DNA of 64,000 nucleotides from Vicugna vicugna (lineage: Eukaryota): the NCBI GenBank assembly GCA_013265495.1, contig MU058836.1:868001-932000 (forward strand). Reading direction: 5' to 3'. Made by a program: the position numbers and the translations under genes. Under the pieces are notes generated by a model that saw only the letters and a program-made list of their open reading frames with translations, did no database searches and was not told where the DNA came from. This document shows positions 59,311 through 64,000 of the stretch, one piece after another; the stretch's first letter is position 1; every line of letters starts with the position of its first letter.

Positions 59311-61082
59311 TAGGCAGAGAACTGAGCTGCTCAGGCCATGCTCAGGGTCTCAGTAAGCCCTTCAGGGTGACTCAGTGGTTCCTTCTCCTCTCCCGTTGTG
59401 AGAACTGACAGAGCTGGAGAAGATAAGGGCGCCGCCTCAGAGCCCGGTGTGCGTGAGCCTAGGCTCGGTGTGAGCTGCCCCGGGACACGGGAGGGCTCAC
59501 ACAGCGTGAACGGGCAGCGGGCCACTGGGCCACCGCCCCACCGAGCTGTGATCCGGAGGCTTAACAAGACCCCATCACAAGCCTCCCCACTGCTCTCCCG
59601 CTGTTGGAGTGCCTCCTAATTACGGGCCTTTCCATGGTTTAGGTTGAACTGGGTTGGGGGTTTGGGGAGAATCATTCTGGGCAAAGAATGTCTCTTCCTG
59701 TGCTGCTGACTTCTCACCGCCTCTGGACAGACAGCTGGACAGAGAAGGATGCAGACCCACTGGGCTATCACGAGGACAGCCGCTGGCCCTTCCGGCCGAA
59801 TCAGCCTCGTGGCCCTGGTGGAAGGCGCCAGAGGCTTGTAAAATACCAGGATGTCTGTATAGGCGTTTGCAGTAACGGGCTCTCCTACTCCCTGACTTTC
59901 ATCCAAGACTGGTTGGGGTCTGAGGATTTCTCACTTCCTCTTCATCCTGAGTGAATGAATCAGACCCATCTGAGCTGCTTCTGGCTGGATCCCCGCACAC
60001 ACACAGAAAAGAGAGAAACGATGCCCTGCCGGCACCCACCATGTGGCTGTGGTATCCCGCTGACTCCTGACAGCAGCCCCCGCCCCCAGGCGGGAGTGGC
60101 TGACCCCGCACATCCGGGGACCTGAGGCCCGGGGAGGTGAACTGACTTAGTGGGACGTCAGGCAGCCCGGGAGTGGCAGCTGGGATTTGAATCCAGGACT
60201 CTGGCCCCCAACTGTTGAATAGCTTGGCCGCCTCAGAGGCTAGGAGGGAAACAGACTGAAGCAGGGGGCTGCGAAAAAGCCAGTGGGTTTGTGAGGAGGT
60301 TGGGGAAGGGGAGGAAAAGGGAAATGCGTGAAGAAAAGCACGCAGTTGTTACCTCATCGCGGCAAATGAAGTTTGCTCCTGTGGTGGAGAATTGTGAAAC
60401 TTGGCTTTGAAAGTTTTATGTTCTGTAGATCTCTGAGCTGTGAGGACTGCATGGCAAGAACTGTTGCAGCACAGCCCGCTCCCTCCCACCCTTTAATGAG
60501 AGCTCTGGTTGTTGGATCATGCTTTCCCACACAGTTTGATCAGATTTATAAACAGCAATTTTTCTTATCAAACCACCTCTTACTGGCCGTTCCGTGAACA
60601 CAGACGCTGTCCAGCAATGGGACGCAGGGGGCTTATGTGAAAGCACCCACACTCTGCCCAGGTCTCAGTGCCTCCTTCAGAGCCCCTGGGACGGGTGACG
60701 GCCAACCCCATTGTTACTCAAACAGGAAGCAAGTGCACAGAGTTTCGGACGCCTCCCCAAGGTCAAGCGGCTGACAGTGGTGAGGCCAGACTTGGAGCTC
60801 AGCTCTGCTGGGTTTTGAGACCCATCCCTTTCCACAGTCCTAGTCTGAGGGCTGCTTTCTCCGAAATGTGTTTACATATATTCTCTAATTCAATTGTCAC
60901 CATAAATCGAAATTCAAGTGTGAGTTCTTAGTGACGCCATCTTACAGAGGGTAAGCCAAGACTCAAGGTTAGACACCTTGACCGAGACTTCATGGCTATC
61001 TAGTGCAAAGTAGAACTTGCACTTGAATTTTCTAGACTCTAACTTCCTGTTCTTTTCATTTTACTATATTTAAAGAACAGCC

Positions 61083-61158
61083 TCATGAATCATATTGTAT
61101 ACCTGCAATGTATGTAATATTGTAAAGCAACTCTACTTCAATTAAATGAAGAAAAAAG
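61083..61158 (+). mobile_element. short L1 3' stub
   Basis: GAATCATATTGTATACCTG...ATATTGTAAAGCAACTCTACTTCAATTAAA; AAAGAACA at 61072 and 61155. Confidence 0.75.
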
Positions 61159-61793
61159 AACAATACCGTCTATCTTTCTGTCCATCCATCCAATCAACAT
61201 CTTTTTAGTGCCTACTTTTACCAGGTCTAGGTATAGCACTCTGGTGATAAAAACCCACCATATGCCTCCAGGAGCCAGTGGTCTGAAAAAAACAGGGATC
61301 AACTACAGGATAAAATGCTGAAATAAGTGTGGAAGTAGAAATGTGTAGGTGGAGGGAGATTAATTTGCCAGTTGGTTGGGGGAGGCGATGATCCTCTGCC
61401 CCTGCCTGTTGAAGACCTTGTTTTGAAGAGTGTGTTCTGTGTGTTTTTCAAAACTTCCTCCTAATTGAACGAGGCACCTGCCTCTGTGGCATCCCCACGG
61501 GCAGTGGTTGAGCAGGAAGTCATCCTTGATGTGAATTAGGTTAATTTGGTGAAAATGAAATGAAAAGCCCTGTAATCTGGGGTGATGGGAAAGCCTGGGG
61601 GGGGAGCACAAAGCTGAACTTGCGGCAGAAGCTGCTAATTGAATTGTGATCTTGGGCTCTAGCTGGTTACATAAACCATCTTCAGGTAAGAACTCACCGG
61701 GGCTGGGCTGTCAGGAGTCAGGCTGCCTCTTCTCATTAGGATCCTGAGTGCATTTCTGCAACTGCCCAGACTTGTGGAGAGAGCTCTTTTTCT

Positions 61794-62262
61794 GCAGTTC
61801 ACACATCCTAGGAGGGAGGACTCTGGGTGGACTTCCCTGAACCCCCGAAACTGGATGTAAAATGTGTGTATATATATGTGCCGTTCTCTGCAAGAAGGAC
61901 CACAGCTTTAATCAATTTCTTTTTTTAAAAAAATTTCTGAGCAAAAGAATATAAAAAACTAGCAATGTGGTTTCTGGTTCCAACCCAAGCAGAATTTTGA
62001 TTCAGTAGGTCTGGGGCTCTGTTTTTCAGTTTGTATATTTGGTGGTAGATTTCCAGGTTATTCTAATGCTCACGCTTGGGAACCACTGAAGGAGAACTCT
62101 ACTTCTCAAACTTCAACCAGCCTGTGACGCTCCTGGGGATCTTGATAACATGCAGGTTCTGCTTCAGTAGGACTTGGATGGAGACAGTGATTCTGCTTCT
62201 AACCAGCTCCCCGGTGATGCTGCTACTGCTGCCAGTGGGTGAACCACACTTTGAGTACCAAG
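61794..62262. mobile_element. three abutting hAT MITEs: Charlie4z-like (about 61794-61960) and two MER5-family (about 61962-62088 and 62100-62262)
   Basis: TGAACCCCCGAAACTGGATGTAAAATGTGTG; TGATTCAGTAGGTCTGGGG...GGGAACCACTG; CTTCTCAAACTT...ACCACACTTTGAGTACCAAGG. Confidence 0.7.
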
Positions 62263-62511
62263 GGTCAAAGGCACCCTTACGTGGGTCCGTCATTGGACTT
62301 TGGTTAGAGTCAAACCACATCCAATTCCTTTGCTTGACACTGAGGCAAACTGCTCAAGCCACTTCCCTTTGATGAACGTTAGATTTCTTAGATGTGTCGA
62401 GTACTTCACAACCAAAAAAATCCCATTTCAAGTGGAAGTATGGAGAGTGAAAAGAATAAGTTCGGGGGTAGATAGACAGGTATAAACCCAGGCCCCAATA
62501 TTGATCATACC

Positions 62512-63151
62512 TGTGTATCATTAGGGATGACGTTGGCTATAAATAATGGAATAATTGACTAACAGTGGTTTAAACCAATAGGGGTTTATTTTTCATACCT
62601 ACCAAAAAGCCCTGCAGCAGCATTGGGACCACTGGGTCAGCTGCCAGTCATCAAGGACCCAGGGACACTTTTCCCTCCTGCTCAGTATCTCTAGCCTGTA
62701 GCTCTTGTGGGGAAGAGAACACATCTCCTAGCCTCTTGTCAGCATTTGGAGCAGGAAGAAGGGACACTGGTGGGAATCATGTTGCTAGCCACCCCTAGCT
62801 GCAAAGAATGTTGGAAAAGGATCACGAACGTTTTCAACCTCTAGTTTTTTTAAAATCATTCTTACTTTTTATTGAAGTGTATTCAATGTACAATGTTAGT
62901 TTCAGGTGTACAGCAAAGCAATATAGTTATACATATTCATACATACATATATATTTTTTCAGTTTCTTTTCCATTACGGCTCATTATAAGAAATTGAATA
63001 TAGTTCCACGTTCTATACAGTAGTTGCTTTTTGTTTCTCTCTTTTATATGTAGTAACGTGTATCTTCCAACCTCTATTCTTGAGAGCAGCAAGAGAGGAA
63101 AGATTTGAGAAATGCTCTTGGGGCAGGCAGCTCAGGGTATTCTCTGCCGCA
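62512..63151 (-). mobile_element. MLT1-type MaLR LTR interrupted by an L1
   Basis: GACTAACAGTGGTTTAAACCAATAGGGGTTTATTTTTC...GTCATCAAGGACCCAGG...GCCACCCCTAGCTGCAA. Confidence 0.8.
62845..63065 (-). mobile_element. artiodactyl-type L1 3' end
   Basis: TTTTATTGAAGTGTA...TTAGTTTCAGGTGTACAGCAAAG...ATTGAATATAGTTCC; TSD CAACCTCTA at 62835 and 63068. Confidence 0.92.
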
Positions 63152-63227
63152 TCATGTGACTCTGGGCAATTTACCAAATCTTTCTGAGCCTCAGTTTCCT
63201 CATTTGTAAAACAGGAGAATTAAGTGT

Positions 63228-63387
63228 TGTGTGTGGTTCCCGCACCAGCAGCAACAGCATCACCTGGAAACTTGAGTCCCACCCCAGACCTACTGAACCA
63301 GAAACTCTGAGGGTGGAGTCCAGCGGTTTGTATTTTGAGAGGCCCTCCAGGCATTTCTGATGCATACTCAAGTTTGAGAACCACTGC
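63228..63387. mobile_element. MER5-family hAT MITE
   Basis: CCAGCAGCAACAGCATCACCTGG...CCCCAGACCTACTGAACCAGAAACTCTG...AAGTTTGAGAACCACTG. Confidence 0.9.
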
Positions 63388-63711
63388 CTTAAAGATTTCT
63401 GGGAAGACCAAGCAAGAGGATTATTTAAGGCATTTGACACTCAGAGAATGTTCATAACTCGTAGCCTGGGAGGTCACATCTGACACTCAAGCAAGCTGCA
63501 GTGGCGCCCCTTTTGTGGAATGCTGACTTGGAACCAGAAGTTTAGAAAGCATGTAATGAAGAATTTCCAAGGTTTGTTCAGACTGGTGATATCCGTCCTC
63601 TAAGTCCCTGGGGTCCTTTTCAGACTCTGTTGCCTAAGGGCACTAAGGAAAGGCTCCCGAGCCGAAGAAGGTCAGAGAGTCAGCTTTTCCTTTAGTTTTC
63701 AGACATTACAG

Positions 63712-63945
63712 GTTAACTGAGATCAAATTCGCATACCGGCAAGAGTCACCCTTTGTAAGGACGCAATTCAGTAACTTTCAGTATCTTCACCGAGTTGTGC
63801 AACCACCACCTCTATCAAATTTCAGAATATTTTTATCACCCCCCAAAAGAAAGCATATCCCCACTAGCAATCACCCCCCAATCCTCTCCTCCTTGTAGCC
63901 TCTCCGGCAACCACTAATCGACTTCCTATTTCTAAGGATTTCCTT
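63712..63945 (-). mobile_element. L1MB-type 3' end
   Basis: GAGTTGTGCAACCACCACC...TTTCAGAATATTTTTATCACCCCC...GGCAACCACTAATC. Confidence 0.85.
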
Positions 63946-64000
63946 CATCTATCTGTCTGTCTATCTACCTGTCGCTCATCTATTTATTTTTTTTACTGAC

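Noticed and set aside
1..64000. Antisense bias of retroelements implying an intron of a + strand gene
   Set aside because: SINEs are 8 minus to 3 plus, but L1s are mixed and LTRs split evenly; too weak to call
1..64000. CRISPR array, operon or other prokaryote-type system
   Set aside because: No regularly spaced direct repeats and no gene-dense organisation; the sequence is mammalian non-coding DNA

Overview
This is mammalian non-coding genomic DNA, almost certainly from a camelid (camel/llama/alpaca): it carries 11 copies of the tRNA-Ala-derived camelid SINE (Vic-1 type) and several artiodactyl-type L1 3' ends. I could not support any protein-coding gene, true RNA gene, CRISPR array or prokaryote-type system. 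The ORF track looks like chance or repeat-derived frames. The window is a mosaic of ancient repeats (MIR, L2, L1M, MaLR/ERVL LTRs, about 14 hAT/Tc-mariner MITEs, one probable CR1/L3 fossil) and younger SINE/L1 insertions. Between them lie unique stretches, several with enhancer-like motif clusters (homeodomain, HOX/PBX/MEIS, GATA, HNF4/CDX). The most notable observations are two L1 5'-inversion (twin-priming) structures, orphan segments attached to or splitting retroelements, a CR1 reverse-transcriptase fossil, nested insertions, an inverted SINE pair, and candidate non-coding exons and enhancers. I found no convincing novel biological system. Repeat family names come from recalled consensus sequences rather than a search, and their boundaries are approximate.
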